64,000 nucleotides of DNA from Candidatus Levybacteria bacterium RIFCSPHIGHO2_01_FULL_36_15b (GTDB lineage: Bacteria > Patescibacteriota > Microgenomatia > Levybacterales > UBA12049): NCBI GenBank assembly GCA_001782045.1, contig MFNK01000009.1:7516-71515 (forward strand), in the 5' to 3' direction. How positions within the stretch are numbered: the stretch's first letter is position 1; each line of letters opens with the position of its first letter. Under the pieces are notes generated by a model, which had not been told where the DNA came from, ran no database searches, and saw only the letters and a program-made list of their open reading frames with translations. Below are positions 30,507 to 40,161 of this stretch, in pieces. The position numbers and the translations under genes were made by a program.

Positions 30507-30773
30507 ATGGATACTGCTCAAGTTGTATTATTTTTAGTTATCATAATCCTCACGGTTCTTCTTGTGGTTTTGGGGATACAAGTATTTTTTATCTTAAGGG
30601 AGCTTCGTAAAACAGTAGATAGAGCAAATAAAATTCTTGAAGATGCAAGCGAGATAACAGAAAATGTTAGAAAACCGGTAAGTTCCTTATCGTCTTTGGC
30701 AATGGGTCTTAAAACCGGTGCCACAATTGCAAAAATATTTCAAGGAGATAAGAGGGGTAAAAAAGATGAATAA
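30507..30773 (+). CDS. DUF948/YoxC-like single-TM coiled-coil protein
   Basis: N-terminal TM then LRKTVDRANKILED; precedes a YtxH-like gene. Confidence 0.7.
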   Translation: MDTAQVVLFLVIIILTVLLVVLGIQVFFILRELRKTVDRANKILEDASEITENVRKPVSSLSSLAMGLKTGATIAKIFQGDKRGKKDE

Positions 30774-31053
30774 TAATGGCGGAAGCAGATTTTTTGATGG
30801 GTTTTTACTTGGCATTGTTATTGGTGCCGCTGCGGTTTATCTTTTTGGAACAAAATCCGGTAAAAGATTAGTTAAAAAATTCTCCGAGGAAGGCTTTAGC
30901 GGCTTTGAAGAATTAATAGAGAATTATAATAGCAATGAAGATGAATTTGAAGCCCAACCGGAAGAAAAGGAAAACTCCATGGAAAAAGAGCCTACAATTA
31001 TTGCCGTTAAGCCCAAAAAGAGATTATTCAAAAGGTTTAGAAGAGTTGATTAG
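30766..31053 (+). CDS. YtxH-like protein
   Basis: FFDGFLLGIVIGAAAVYLFGTKSGKRL. Confidence 0.75.
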   Translation: MNNNGGSRFFDGFLLGIVIGAAAVYLFGTKSGKRLVKKFSEEGFSGFEELIENYNSNEDEFEAQPEEKENSMEKEPTIIAVKPKKRLFKRFRRVD

Positions 31054-32003
31054 TTTGAAAGACCGTATTTATTTATATTTTCCTGTTGCTCCGCTAATGT
31101 TTTAGCATAACGATTAGTCCCCGTTTTATCAGTAATATAAAAAAGGTACGAAGTGTTGGAAGGATTTACTACAGCTTTTAAGCTAGCCAATCCCGGGTTT
31201 GAAATTGGACCTGGCGGAAGACCATTTATCTGATATGTATTATAAGGCGAGTTAAGAGAATAGTCTGTTCTTAAGATTGGTCTCCACCATTTATTATCAA
31301 TTTTACCTTTGGCATATTGAATTGTGGCATCAATATCAAGTTTCATTCCTATTTCTAGCCTATTTAAAATAACACTAGCAACAATTGGTCTGTCCTCGTC
31401 GTGTTTTGATTCTCTTTCTACTAGAGAAGCTATAGTTACGATTTTGTCTTTTGAAAGATTTGTCCTAGATATATCTAGAGACGAATATTTTTTTTCAAAA
31501 TTATTTTTCATAATAGAAACGATTGTATCTACATCGGAATCTTTAGGAAATAAGTAGGTATCAGGAAAAAGATATCCTTCATTTTCAATTAGGGTTTGAT
31601 TCCAGGATTTATCGTAGGTTGGCATTTTATTCTGTAAAGATTCATCAATTTGGGCTGCACGAAAACCTTCCGGAATAGTTACCCAAATATCAAGCGTTCC
31701 GTGTGTTAGATTTTCTGCAATATCATATGTATTCATTGATGGTGACAATCTAAAGGACCCTGCTTGAATTTTTTTATCTAATCCTGTTTGTTTAGTAATA
31801 AGAAAGAAAACAATAGGATCTCTTATGAGTTCTTGAGATTTTAAATTGTATGCTATAGCCCTGACGTTATCTCCCTGACTGATTACAAAAGTTTTTATCT
31901 CCTTGCTTTCTTTATTAACCGGATAATTTCCGTTTTGCCACCAAAATATTGCACCTATAAAAAGAATTAGTAAAATTATTAATAAAACTATAGATTTTTT
32001 CAT
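31050..32003 (-). CDS. mltG: Endolytic transglycosylase MltG
   Basis: TIPEG, EGYLFPDTY, IASLVERE, SPYNTY...GLPPGPISNPG. Confidence 0.95.
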   Translation of the reverse strand: MKKSIVLLIILLILFIGAIFWWQNGNYPVNKESKEIKTFVISQGDNVRAIAYNLKSQELIRDPIVFFLITKQTGLDKKIQAGSFRLSPSMNTYDIAENLTHGTLDIWVTIPEGFRAAQIDESLQNKMPTYDKSWNQTLIENEGYLFPDTYLFPKDSDVDTIVSIMKNNFEKKYSSLDISRTNLSKDKIVTIASLVERESKHDEDRPIVASVILNRLEIGMKLDIDATIQYAKGKIDNKWWRPILRTDYSLNSPYNTYQINGLPPGPISNPGLASLKAVVNPSNTSYLFYITDKTGTNRYAKTLAEQQENINKYGLSN

Positions 32004-32021
32004 AGATTCGATTTCCTCACT

Positions 32022-32050
32022 ATGACCCTGAGCCTAGTCGAACGGGTCAT
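32022..32050. repeat. REP-like palindromic element overlapping the AMP phosphorylase stop codon
   Basis: ATGACCC-TGAGCCTAGTCGAAC-GGGTCAT; reverse strand shares TTCGACT...GCTCAGG with 5166-5202. Confidence 0.6.
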
Positions 32051-33318
32051 TCGTATTCTATGATTGGAAAATTATGCAAAGCCTCTTTTGCCTCCCTAAG
32101 ATTATACATGTTTTCCGCAAAAAGTGTATATAATGTATCATCTAATTTGACGCTCTCTCCCAACTTTTTGTCTAAATATATGCCTGAGGATTTAGCAAGC
32201 GGAGCTCCTAAAATTCTTGCAATAGAAGTTAAGTTACGAATACTTAACTCATTTACTATGCCCTCTTTTTTTGCTTTCTCTTTATGTATAAATTTTCCTA
32301 AAGGAAGCGCCGAACTATCTATCTTAGGGTTTCCCCCTTGAGCTTTTATTATTTGTTTAAATTTTTCTAAAGCTATTTTTTCCTGCAATAAATGTAATAC
32401 CCACGCATAAGTATTCTTGAAGTTTTTTTCCACATAGTCTTTTGTTTTCTTATCATCTGCAAGACAAAGGTCTAATAATTCTGTAGAAAGATGAATACTT
32501 CTTAACTCTAAATCAGTTGGTCTGTCATCTGTTTGTTCCAAAACTTTTAAGGTATCTGTTATTTCCAAAACTGGTCCGATACCTCGTCCTGCTGGTTCCA
32601 GAGTTTTATATATAATAATTTTTATTTTGACTTTAAACTTTCTGGCCAAAAATTCAAATTTATTTTTTAAAACCTCTGCGTCTTTTAAAGTATGAACTTT
32701 AACAGTTTTTCCATAAGGTAAATCTATAATTATATGATTTGATCCGAAAGCTATTTTTTTAGCCATAATAGATACGACAATTTTGTCATAAGACTCAAAA
32801 AGCAAAGGCCTCTCTACCTGAATTAGTACATCATCTGCCGGGGCTAAATTAAAACTTCCGCCCCAAACAATACATCCATTTGTTTTTTTTACTGTTTCGT
32901 AAATTTGCTCTTTTGTTAAATTTACAGGAGCAAGTACTTCCATGTCATCTGCTGTGCCATCTGGAGAAGTGATAGCGCGGGAAGAGCTTTTTGGAATTTT
33001 AAAACCCGCTGCCGCAACTATTGCTACAACAATTGGGGTAGTTCTTGTTCCCGGTACGCCACCAATCGAATGCTTATCCGCAACAATTCCCGGAAACGTA
33101 AGTTTTTCTCCTGTTTCTACCATTGCGCGCGTCAAATAATAAAGTTCTTCATTGCTAAAGCCTTTTGAATATCCCGAAGCTGCGAAATAAGTGGTTAAAA
33201 TATCTCCGAATTTCTTCTTTGATATTTCGTCCATAATTGAATATATTTCTTTGTAAGATAATTTCTTTCCAAGTAATTTTTTTCTGACAGCATTAATTGC
33301 TAGATGATTTTCGTCCAT
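32047..33318 (-). CDS. AMP phosphorylase / thymidine phosphorylase family protein
   Basis: DKHSIGGVPG, PKSSSRAITSPDGTADDMEVLAPV, WGGSFNLAPADD match the AMP-phosphorylase type. Confidence 0.88.
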   Translation of the reverse strand: MDENHLAINAVRKKLLGKKLSYKEIYSIMDEISKKKFGDILTTYFAASGYSKGFSNEELYYLTRAMVETGEKLTFPGIVADKHSIGGVPGTRTTPIVVAIVAAAGFKIPKSSSRAITSPDGTADDMEVLAPVNLTKEQIYETVKKTNGCIVWGGSFNLAPADDVLIQVERPLLFESYDKIVVSIMAKKIAFGSNHIIIDLPYGKTVKVHTLKDAEVLKNKFEFLARKFKVKIKIIIYKTLEPAGRGIGPVLEITDTLKVLEQTDDRPTDLELRSIHLSTELLDLCLADDKKTKDYVEKNFKNTYAWVLHLLQEKIALEKFKQIIKAQGGNPKIDSSALPLGKFIHKEKAKKEGIVNELSIRNLTSIARILGAPLAKSSGIYLDKKLGESVKLDDTLYTLFAENMYNLREAKEALHNFPIIEYE

Positions 33319-33320
33319 AT

Positions 33321-33431
33321 TCAATCTTTAATTTGTGATAAGGCAATCCCAATTGATGATTTAATTATTCTTAAAATTAATGAAAATAAATTTAACAAAA
33401 ATATTTTAAGCTTAGTAACTAAATCTTTCAT
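33321..33431 (-). CDS. Putative 36-aa peptide (MKDLVTKLKIFLLNLFSLILRIIKSSIGIALSQIKD)
   Basis: ATG overlaps the sortase TGA; stop lies 2 nt before the AMP phosphorylase ATG. Confidence 0.4.
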   Translation of the reverse strand: MKDLVTKLKIFLLNLFSLILRIIKSSIGIALSQIKD

Positions 33432-34153
33432 ATTTTAGTGAGTCTTGCTTTCACTACAAGTCTTTTCCAAATAGTTCCGGGAGGAGTACAAGTTATAAGA
33501 GTTAAGAAACTATCTCCGTAATTTTGCTCAAGTACTGCTGTATTTGTCGGATCTACAACAGTTATGGATTCAATTTTATAATTGTATATTACATTTCCCA
33601 CTTTTACTATAATGTCGTCTCCGGTTTGCAATTTAAAAAGATAAGAAAAAATAGTTTTGTAATCCTTTTGGTTGTAAAGCTGGGGAAGAGTAGAGTGACC
33701 AAAAATTACTGCATTTCCTCTTTCTGGAGGAAGAGCAGTTCCTCCATAATTAACAAGGTGTTTTGTTAAGTCTGTATCTTTTGCAGAAACTTCTGCGTTT
33801 TCAATTCCAATTTTAGGAATGGAAATATTATATATAGGAGTTTTTAGATTTCCGTTTTTTGGATTATATCCGGGAAACCAGTTTTGCGCATCTGCATAAT
33901 TTATTCCTGATAGGCTTTCGGATGCACCGCTTATAAGGGATGCAAGTGTGTTTCCTGAAACAATGCTAACCTTTGGAATGGGAGCGTTAATTTCCTGATT
34001 TGCAAAAACAGGAGCAAAGTATATTTGCCAGGAGATTAAAGGAAAAAAAGCGTAAATAAAAATTGAAACTCCAAATATTAGACTTGTAAAACTTAGGAGT
34101 CTAAGAATATTTTTCCTGCCTTTTGGGTTTCCTTTTTTATAATACTTAACCAT
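33428..34153 (-). CDS. Sortase
   Basis: N-terminal TM, GNAVIFGHS, LTLITCTP, RLVVKA. Confidence 0.92.
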   Translation of the reverse strand: MVKYYKKGNPKGRKNILRLLSFTSLIFGVSIFIYAFFPLISWQIYFAPVFANQEINAPIPKVSIVSGNTLASLISGASESLSGINYADAQNWFPGYNPKNGNLKTPIYNISIPKIGIENAEVSAKDTDLTKHLVNYGGTALPPERGNAVIFGHSTLPQLYNQKDYKTIFSYLFKLQTGDDIIVKVGNVIYNYKIESITVVDPTNTAVLEQNYGDSFLTLITCTPPGTIWKRLVVKARLTKI

Positions 34154-36430
34154 TTAGTTATTTTGCACATTTATTTCTATGTTGTTTGGATTTTTGGGCA
34201 ATCCAGAATTTAAAAACGGGATTGAGGGATTAAATAAAGTTTCAACTTTTTCAACATTTTGTAAATTATTTAAATAGTTTTGTGCTTTTTGCAAATCCTG
34301 TCCCTGTATTTGTGTTTTAATTTCGTTCAAATCAAGTTTTGGTAATACTTTAACATTTATTGCAAGTTCCGCTACGGTATCTCTGTTCTTTTCTACAGTC
34401 AGTTTTTTTACATCTGTTTTTATAGCGCTTTTTAAAATATTTACTTCTGCACTGTCAAATAGCATCTCTACAAGACTTATCATATCGCTGTTTTCATAAG
34501 CTATGTAATTAAAAGCGACTGTTGCGTTAAGTGTGAGCTTATTAGACTCATCCCCTTCTTTTTTATCGAATTTTTCATCCGATAAATCGGTATCTACAAA
34601 TTGCGGGAGAATAGTTTTTCCTTTTTCTATCTTTCCTGCAATGGCCTCTTTTGCCTTATCCTCAAGTGCCTTAGGAAGGGCAGCTCTTGCTTTTGCCATG
34701 TCATCTTTAGAAACTACATTCACGTTTTTCTTTGTTCCTCCGGAGAATGCGTTGTCATTTTTTGCTCCTATTGCTTTATTGCTTCCAATTGTAAACTTGG
34801 TGTCAGAAGGAAGATTATATTCCGTTCCTATTTTTTCTGCTGTTACTTCTACATTTGCAGTTCCAGGTTTTGTTCCGGAAAAAACATCACCTGATGCGGA
34901 TGCAATTGATATTGTTTTGTCCAGCGTAAACTTAAGTCCATTCGATGAAGTTATTACGGTTCCTTCGTTAAGCTTAATAGGGTCAGTGTCGTTATTAAAA
35001 ACCGTTACCGTTCCTTTTGCGTTTGTTCCCACGTCTTTTTTGCCGACTACATCGATGGTTGTCGATCCGCTTTCCTCAATCGGAACAATGGTTGCTTCAA
35101 TTATATTTTCATCAAGCTTTGTGGAAGAGTTAGGAGAAAAAGTAACTTCAGCGTTTTTAGTTTGTGTTATTGTTTTAACCGTTATGTTAACTTTTGCTTT
35201 TGCCTGAAATAGAAAAATAAAATAAAACAAAATTACTCCAAGAATTACAACACCCGCAATTAGCAGCATCTTTTTATCTCTAATGTTTAAATTTCTTAAA
35301 GAGTCTTTTGCAACTAAGGATCTTGCCTTAGTAAAAGACGTTTTTGCTTTTTCTATAAGCAATACTCCTAAAGCTCCTAAGTTAGATTTTTTTTCTTCTC
35401 TTATTTTTACATCCTCTGGAATTTCTTCACTTACTTCATTCAGATTTTCACTTGGAACACTGTCTTTAGGTTTTTCATATCTTGGTTTATTTTTGGCAAC
35501 GTCGGCATTGCTAAAGCCAAAAAAATCCATAGATCCTTCTTGTCCTACATAATCCAAATCGCCGGTTTCTTTATCTTCCGCTTTAATTTCTTCTGCCACT
35601 TCATTCTTGCTAACATTTTCTTCCTCGCCTTCTTCTCTTTTTTCCATAACAATTTGATTTTCATCAAACTGCAGAGTTGCACCCATTTGAGTAGCAGCAC
35701 CTAAAAGTACAGCTTTTACATCGGCATTAGCAGGTAGCATCATAATTTGGGGAATATGCAAAAAGTTTAAACTCTTACTCCACTGATGATTTAGAAATTC
35801 CTGAGTTAATTCATCTTCGTCTGAATTTAATAAAATTACTCTTGCAGGCATAACCGCAGGTGTTTCTAAGTGTTTAAGAAGTGTATCTACTGTAAAAGAA
35901 GCACCTTCGTGAATTTCGGTTGTTCTTGCCTCCATGATTTTTCCGCTTTTTATGTAATATACGGTTAAATATTTTTTTCCAATTTCGGCAAGTATTGCTG
36001 TTACTGGGGCGCCTTCTTCTTTTTGTAAAAGATTTGTTACGCTTTCGCTAAATGTTAGAAAACCAATTGGATCAAGGGATAATTCTTCTCCTACCTTTTT
36101 TAATTTATCTAAATATTCTTTTTTAATTTTATCAGCCTCTATCCAGTTATCTTTTAAGGCAAGAATTGTTTTATATTTATCAGGAGAAGTGCCTAGGGAA
36201 GTTTCAGCGCCAGATACTGCTTTATCTAATACATTTAAGAATTCCTCAAGCGATGCATCCTCAATTGTATTTGTAAATTCTTCCTCGGATGAACTAATGT
36301 ACTTTAGGTTGCTCCCAGTCTTTTCAAAAATAACGGCCTTTGCCTTCTCGTTTCTTAAAATAAGAGAGAGGTAATATTCTTTATCCTCTTTTTTGCCAAC
36401 GTTGAGCAGATTAGAAATGTTCATATTCAA
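34154..36430 (-). CDS. Membrane protein with actin/FtsA-like N-terminal region and baseplate-J-like C-terminal region
   Basis: Central TM; AKGTVTVFN...L..GT.I.S.NGLKF...VTAEKIGTEYNL...FSGG pattern; domain calls are by resemblance. Confidence 0.6.
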   Translation of the reverse strand: MNMNISNLLNVGKKEDKEYYLSLILRNEKAKAVIFEKTGSNLKYISSSEEEFTNTIEDASLEEFLNVLDKAVSGAETSLGTSPDKYKTILALKDNWIEADKIKKEYLDKLKKVGEELSLDPIGFLTFSESVTNLLQKEEGAPVTAILAEIGKKYLTVYYIKSGKIMEARTTEIHEGASFTVDTLLKHLETPAVMPARVILLNSDEDELTQEFLNHQWSKSLNFLHIPQIMMLPANADVKAVLLGAATQMGATLQFDENQIVMEKREEGEEENVSKNEVAEEIKAEDKETGDLDYVGQEGSMDFFGFSNADVAKNKPRYEKPKDSVPSENLNEVSEEIPEDVKIREEKKSNLGALGVLLIEKAKTSFTKARSLVAKDSLRNLNIRDKKMLLIAGVVILGVILFYFIFLFQAKAKVNITVKTITQTKNAEVTFSPNSSTKLDENIIEATIVPIEESGSTTIDVVGKKDVGTNAKGTVTVFNNDTDPIKLNEGTVITSSNGLKFTLDKTISIASASGDVFSGTKPGTANVEVTAEKIGTEYNLPSDTKFTIGSNKAIGAKNDNAFSGGTKKNVNVVSKDDMAKARAALPKALEDKAKEAIAGKIEKGKTILPQFVDTDLSDEKFDKKEGDESNKLTLNATVAFNYIAYENSDMISLVEMLFDSAEVNILKSAIKTDVKKLTVEKNRDTVAELAINVKVLPKLDLNEIKTQIQGQDLQKAQNYLNNLQNVEKVETLFNPSIPFLNSGLPKNPNNIEINVQNN

Positions 36431-38175
36431 GTAACTTTAGCGTATATTCTTTTTTGTCCCCGGCCTAAATTCTCCTGCTTTATTATTGTAAAACTCTTTA
36501 TCTTGCCTGTAAAGTCGACATGAGGTCCGCCGCAGAACTCTTTAGAATAGTCTCCTATAAAATAAACTTTTACATCTCCTTCGTATTTTTCATCAAAAAG
36601 TCCCATTGCTTTGATTCCTTTAGCTTTTTCGATTGGAAGCATCTCAAAATGTACAGGTAGATTTTCTTTTATTTTGCTAGTTACAATTTCTTCAATCTTT
36701 TTTATTTCATCATCCGTTAAATTTCTATCAAAATTAAAATCAAATCTAACCCTTTCACTTGTAATATTGCTTCCCGTCTGGTGAAGATCTGTTCCAAACA
36801 TATCTCGAAGTGCCTGATGCAAAAGATGAGTTGCGGTATGCCCTTTAATTGTTAACTCAGAGTGGTCTGCAAGTCCTCCTTTAAACATTCCCGCTCCTGC
36901 GGTTTTGGATTTTTTACTATGCTCTTGCATTAAATCCGCAAACTTTTGTTCGTCAAAAATGTAACCAAGACTTTTTATTTGAGTCGGGGAAAGTCCGTGG
37001 GTTGAATACATTTTAAAAGCCTCATCAGCATTAATTTCTTTAGTTCCATTTTCCTCTGCTCCTCCAATTATTTTCTCTGCATCTTTGATAACTTTTTTGT
37101 AAGCTTGCTGTTCTTGTAAAATTACATTTTTAATCTCTTCAAAGTTTTGGCTCAAAGTTTTATCTGTTTTGGCACACTCTGCAACAATTGCACTTATTAT
37201 GTTTTCAACATCTGCTTGTCCCAGGTTATCAAAACTTCTTCGAAGTAATCTTCTTAAAATATATCCGCGTTCTTTATTAGATGGGAAAACGCCTGCATCA
37301 ATTAAATAAACAGCAGCTCGCAGGTGGTCAGCAATTATTCTTACTGCTTTTTGGTTCTTCACATAATCTAAATCTGCTTCTCTTTCTATTGCTTTTACAA
37401 TTGGGGAAAAAAGGGAAGTCTGGAAAATATCAGACTTTTGCTCAACTGCTGCCAGTAGCCTTTCCAGTCCTCCTCCAAAATCAACATTTTTATTTGGTAG
37501 TTCTTTAAAGCCTTTATCTGTTTTTTGATATTGCATAAAGACGCTGTTTGCAATTTCCAAAAACTTCCCGCATTCGCATTCTACAGGATTATCTTTGCAC
37601 TCCTTCTTGTGTTCTATGTCATCAAACCTAAAGTACACTTCTGTGTCAGGTCCGCCAATTTCGCCAACAGGCATATTTTTTGGAACTCCGCTTCTTGACC
37701 ACCAGTTTTTATCAACTCCTGCAAAAGATATTTTTTGCGCCGGTACTATTTTTTTCCACAATTCAAAAGACTCTGTATCTTTTTCAATTTCATCCTCACC
37801 ACCAAAAACTGTAATAAAAAGCTTATCCTCCGGTAAGCTCAACTCAACGGTTAAAAATTCCCAAAGCCAGGGAATTTCTTCTTTTTTAAAATAATCTCCC
37901 AAACTCCAATTACCAAGCATTCTAAAAAATGTCGTGTGGCGGTTGTCTCCGACTTCGTCTATATCAACAGCCCTAAAAGAATTTTGTACGTTTACTAATC
38001 TTTTGCCTTGAGGATGCGCTTCTCCTAAGAGATAAGGAATTAAAGGCTGCATACCGGACGATGTAAAAAGGGTAGTCGGGTCATCAATTGGAACAAGTGG
38101 AGAATTAATAATTTGCTTATGGTCTCTTTTTTCAAAAAATGAAATGTAAGTATCAATAAGAAGTCTTGCGTTCAT
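36427..38175 (-). CDS. alaS: Alanine--tRNA ligase lacking the C-Ala domain
   Basis: DPTTLFTSSGMQP, HTTFFRMLGNWSLGDYFK, editing HTATHLL...CGGPH. Confidence 0.96.
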   Translation of the reverse strand: MNARLLIDTYISFFEKRDHKQIINSPLVPIDDPTTLFTSSGMQPLIPYLLGEAHPQGKRLVNVQNSFRAVDIDEVGDNRHTTFFRMLGNWSLGDYFKKEEIPWLWEFLTVELSLPEDKLFITVFGGEDEIEKDTESFELWKKIVPAQKISFAGVDKNWWSRSGVPKNMPVGEIGGPDTEVYFRFDDIEHKKECKDNPVECECGKFLEIANSVFMQYQKTDKGFKELPNKNVDFGGGLERLLAAVEQKSDIFQTSLFSPIVKAIEREADLDYVKNQKAVRIIADHLRAAVYLIDAGVFPSNKERGYILRRLLRRSFDNLGQADVENIISAIVAECAKTDKTLSQNFEEIKNVILQEQQAYKKVIKDAEKIIGGAEENGTKEINADEAFKMYSTHGLSPTQIKSLGYIFDEQKFADLMQEHSKKSKTAGAGMFKGGLADHSELTIKGHTATHLLHQALRDMFGTDLHQTGSNITSERVRFDFNFDRNLTDDEIKKIEEIVTSKIKENLPVHFEMLPIEKAKGIKAMGLFDEKYEGDVKVYFIGDYSKEFCGGPHVDFTGKIKSFTIIKQENLGRGQKRIYAKVT

Positions 38176-38200
38176 AGCTAAATTATATCAGAAGAAGAGG

Positions 38201-38587
38201 CTAAAAACCGAAGCTTTTGGCGAATTTATCGGCTTGCATTTCCTGGTGCGCAATCTCCTGCTTACCCTGTCGTACTAAGGTAGAATTTCTGTGACCTAAC
38301 ATTATATGGCCTATTTCATGTGCTATAGAGTATTGAATTTGCTTCTGCGTTTGTTCAAAAAGAGATTCACTCAAAAAAATTAGATGCATGTTTTTTAAGT
38401 CGTTTCCGGTAAAAGTAAAACCCCAAGCGTCTTCCATTGAAGTTACAAACCAGCAATTTGTGGTTACAAAACTTATTATTTCATCATTCATTGCGGCTAG
38501 GGTTTTGCAAACCCACTTTTTCATCACAGTAAGTCCTACAAGTTTTCCATCAAATGCTTGCATAATTTCATCTTCCTTATTTGTCAT
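38201..38587 (-). CDS. Small HExxH metallopeptidase-like protein
   Basis: IAHEIGHIMLGH...EMQADKFA; ATG 38587 lies 6 nt after TATAAT. Confidence 0.7.
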   Translation of the reverse strand: MTNKEDEIMQAFDGKLVGLTVMKKWVCKTLAAMNDEIISFVTTNCWFVTSMEDAWGFTFTGNDLKNMHLIFLSESLFEQTQKQIQYSIAHEIGHIMLGHRNSTLVRQGKQEIAHQEMQADKFAKSFGF

Positions 38588-38635
38588 TTTAAAATTATAC
38601 ATCGTATTATAGACGTACGGGTTTATAATGTATTT

Positions 38636-38779
38636 ATGAAGATAAATGCAGAATGGCATGGTAAAAATAAAATGCCAAAAAACCCTACTGTTGCACAAAG
38701 AATAAATTGGCACAGAAAACACTTAAAATATTGTGCATGCCGAACAGATGTTCCTGAGAGCCTAAAGAACTTCTTCTAG
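38636..38779 (+). CDS. Small His/Cys-containing hypothetical protein, 47 aa
   Basis: MKINAEWH...MPKNPT..QRINWH..H...CACR; TATAAT 6 nt upstream. Confidence 0.65.
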   Translation: MKINAEWHGKNKMPKNPTVAQRINWHRKHLKYCACRTDVPESLKNFF

Positions 38780-38832
38780 CCAGTGCAAGTTAACTCCCAC
38801 ATTTTTATTTTTTCTGGTACAATCTCAAACTA

Positions 38833-39117
38833 ATGACTGATATTTTAAAAGAGCCGTTTTCGAATATAGTCCGATGGGAGAATACAGAAGTAGTTACTGT
38901 TACAACTGAGCCTGATTGGGAGGATGACATTATTGAGAAAGGTCTTGATTTTATAAATAGATTTAAGCCTACCGATTTAGACTACGAACATGGACTTGCA
39001 ATCAAAGAAACGCCCGATGGAAAACTAAGTCAGCATGTGGTAATTTGGCATGCGAAATGGAGCCACGAAGACAAAACAAAACGACCTCCATTATTAGATA
39101 TTCCTTCTAGACAATAG
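38833..39117 (+). CDS. Hypothetical protein
   Basis: 94-aa ORF with TACAAT upstream. Confidence 0.55.
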   Translation: MTDILKEPFSNIVRWENTEVVTVTTEPDWEDDIIEKGLDFINRFKPTDLDYEHGLAIKETPDGKLSQHVVIWHAKWSHEDKTKRPPLLDIPSRQ

Positions 39118-39146
39118 AAATTAGTAAGTAGTGGTATAATTAATTC

Positions 39147-39542
39147 ATGAAATCCCTCAAACAAACCTACATTATTAACGCACCCGTAAAAGAAGTTTGG
39201 AAAGCCTTAACAGACCCAAAATATATAGAGGGCTGGGGAGCAGGAAAGTGCGTAATGGATGAAAAAGAAGGTACTAACTTTTCTTTGTGGGGGGAAAGTA
39301 TTTGGGGAAGGAATACAAAAGTAGTTTCCGGTAAATTACTTATTCAGGATTGGTATAGTGATGAAACTCCAAAATGGAAAAGCCCGTCTATTGTAACTTT
39401 TGAGCTGGTAGAAGAAAATGGAAATACCAAATTAGATTTAACGCAAGAAAATATTCCGGAAAAAGATTTCCAAAACATCTTTGATGGTTGGAAAGACTAC
39501 TATGTAGGTCCGCTTAAAGCTTTTGTCGAGTCGAAAAACTAG
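39147..39542 (+). CDS. SRPBCC/AHSA1-like domain protein
   Basis: INAPVKEVWKALTDP...GWKDYY. Confidence 0.88.
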   Translation: MKSLKQTYIINAPVKEVWKALTDPKYIEGWGAGKCVMDEKEGTNFSLWGESIWGRNTKVVSGKLLIQDWYSDETPKWKSPSIVTFELVEENGNTKLDLTQENIPEKDFQNIFDGWKDYYVGPLKAFVESKN

Positions 39543-39553
39543 CTTAAGTTTTT

Positions 39554-40006
39554 ATGAACATAATTAGTCCTGCGTTTTCAGAAGGAGAAGAAATTCCAAA
39601 AATTTATACTTGCGATGGAAATAATATAAATCCACCTCTTGAGTTTTCCGAAGTTCCGGAAAATGCAAAAAGCCTAGTTTTAATTATGGATGATCCAGAT
39701 GTGCCAAGAAACTTAAAACCAGATGGCATTTTTGATCACTGGGTTGTTTTTAATATTCCGCCTGAAATAACAAAAATAGATGAGAACTCAAAACCTTTGG
39801 GAATTGTAGGAAAAAATAGCGCAGGGCAGTCTGAATATACGGGACCTTGCCCGCCGGACAGGAAACACCGTTATTTCTTCAAACTTTATGCCCTAGACTC
39901 GTTACTAGAACTTGACGAGCGTGCGACTAAAAAAGAGGTAGAAATAGCAATAGAAAGTCACATAATTGATAAAGCAGAGTTGATGGGTGTTTATGAAAGA
40001 TCTTAG
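39554..40006 (+). CDS. YbhB/YbcL (PEBP-like) protein
   Basis: YTCDG, MDDPD, FDHWVVFNIP, YTGPCPP..HRYFFKLYALD. Confidence 0.93.
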   Translation: MNIISPAFSEGEEIPKIYTCDGNNINPPLEFSEVPENAKSLVLIMDDPDVPRNLKPDGIFDHWVVFNIPPEITKIDENSKPLGIVGKNSAGQSEYTGPCPPDRKHRYFFKLYALDSLLELDERATKKEVEIAIESHIIDKAELMGVYERS

Positions 40007-40045
40007 ATTTGACTTCTGGCTAAATTCTGCTACAATTACACGATC

Positions 40046-40114
40046 ATGGAAAATATATTTTTAGCAGTTAGAAGACATACAACGCTCTCGGGCGGTATGT
40101 CTTTTAGTGTCTAA
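40046..40114 (+). promoter_or_regulatory. Putative leader peptide MENIFLAVRRHTTLSGGMSFSV of an attenuator
   Basis: Follows TTGACT-16-TACAAT with extended -10 TG; tandem AGA AGA codons sit in stem 1. Confidence 0.6.
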
Positions 40115-40139
40115 AACTATTTAGAAGCAACAAAAGCAG

Positions 40140-40161
40140 CCGCCCCAAGGGGCGGTTTTTT
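40140..40161 (+). terminator. Intrinsic terminator (attenuator) upstream of the argA-like gene
   Basis: CCGCCC-CAAG-GGGCGG-TTTTTT. Confidence 0.8.
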
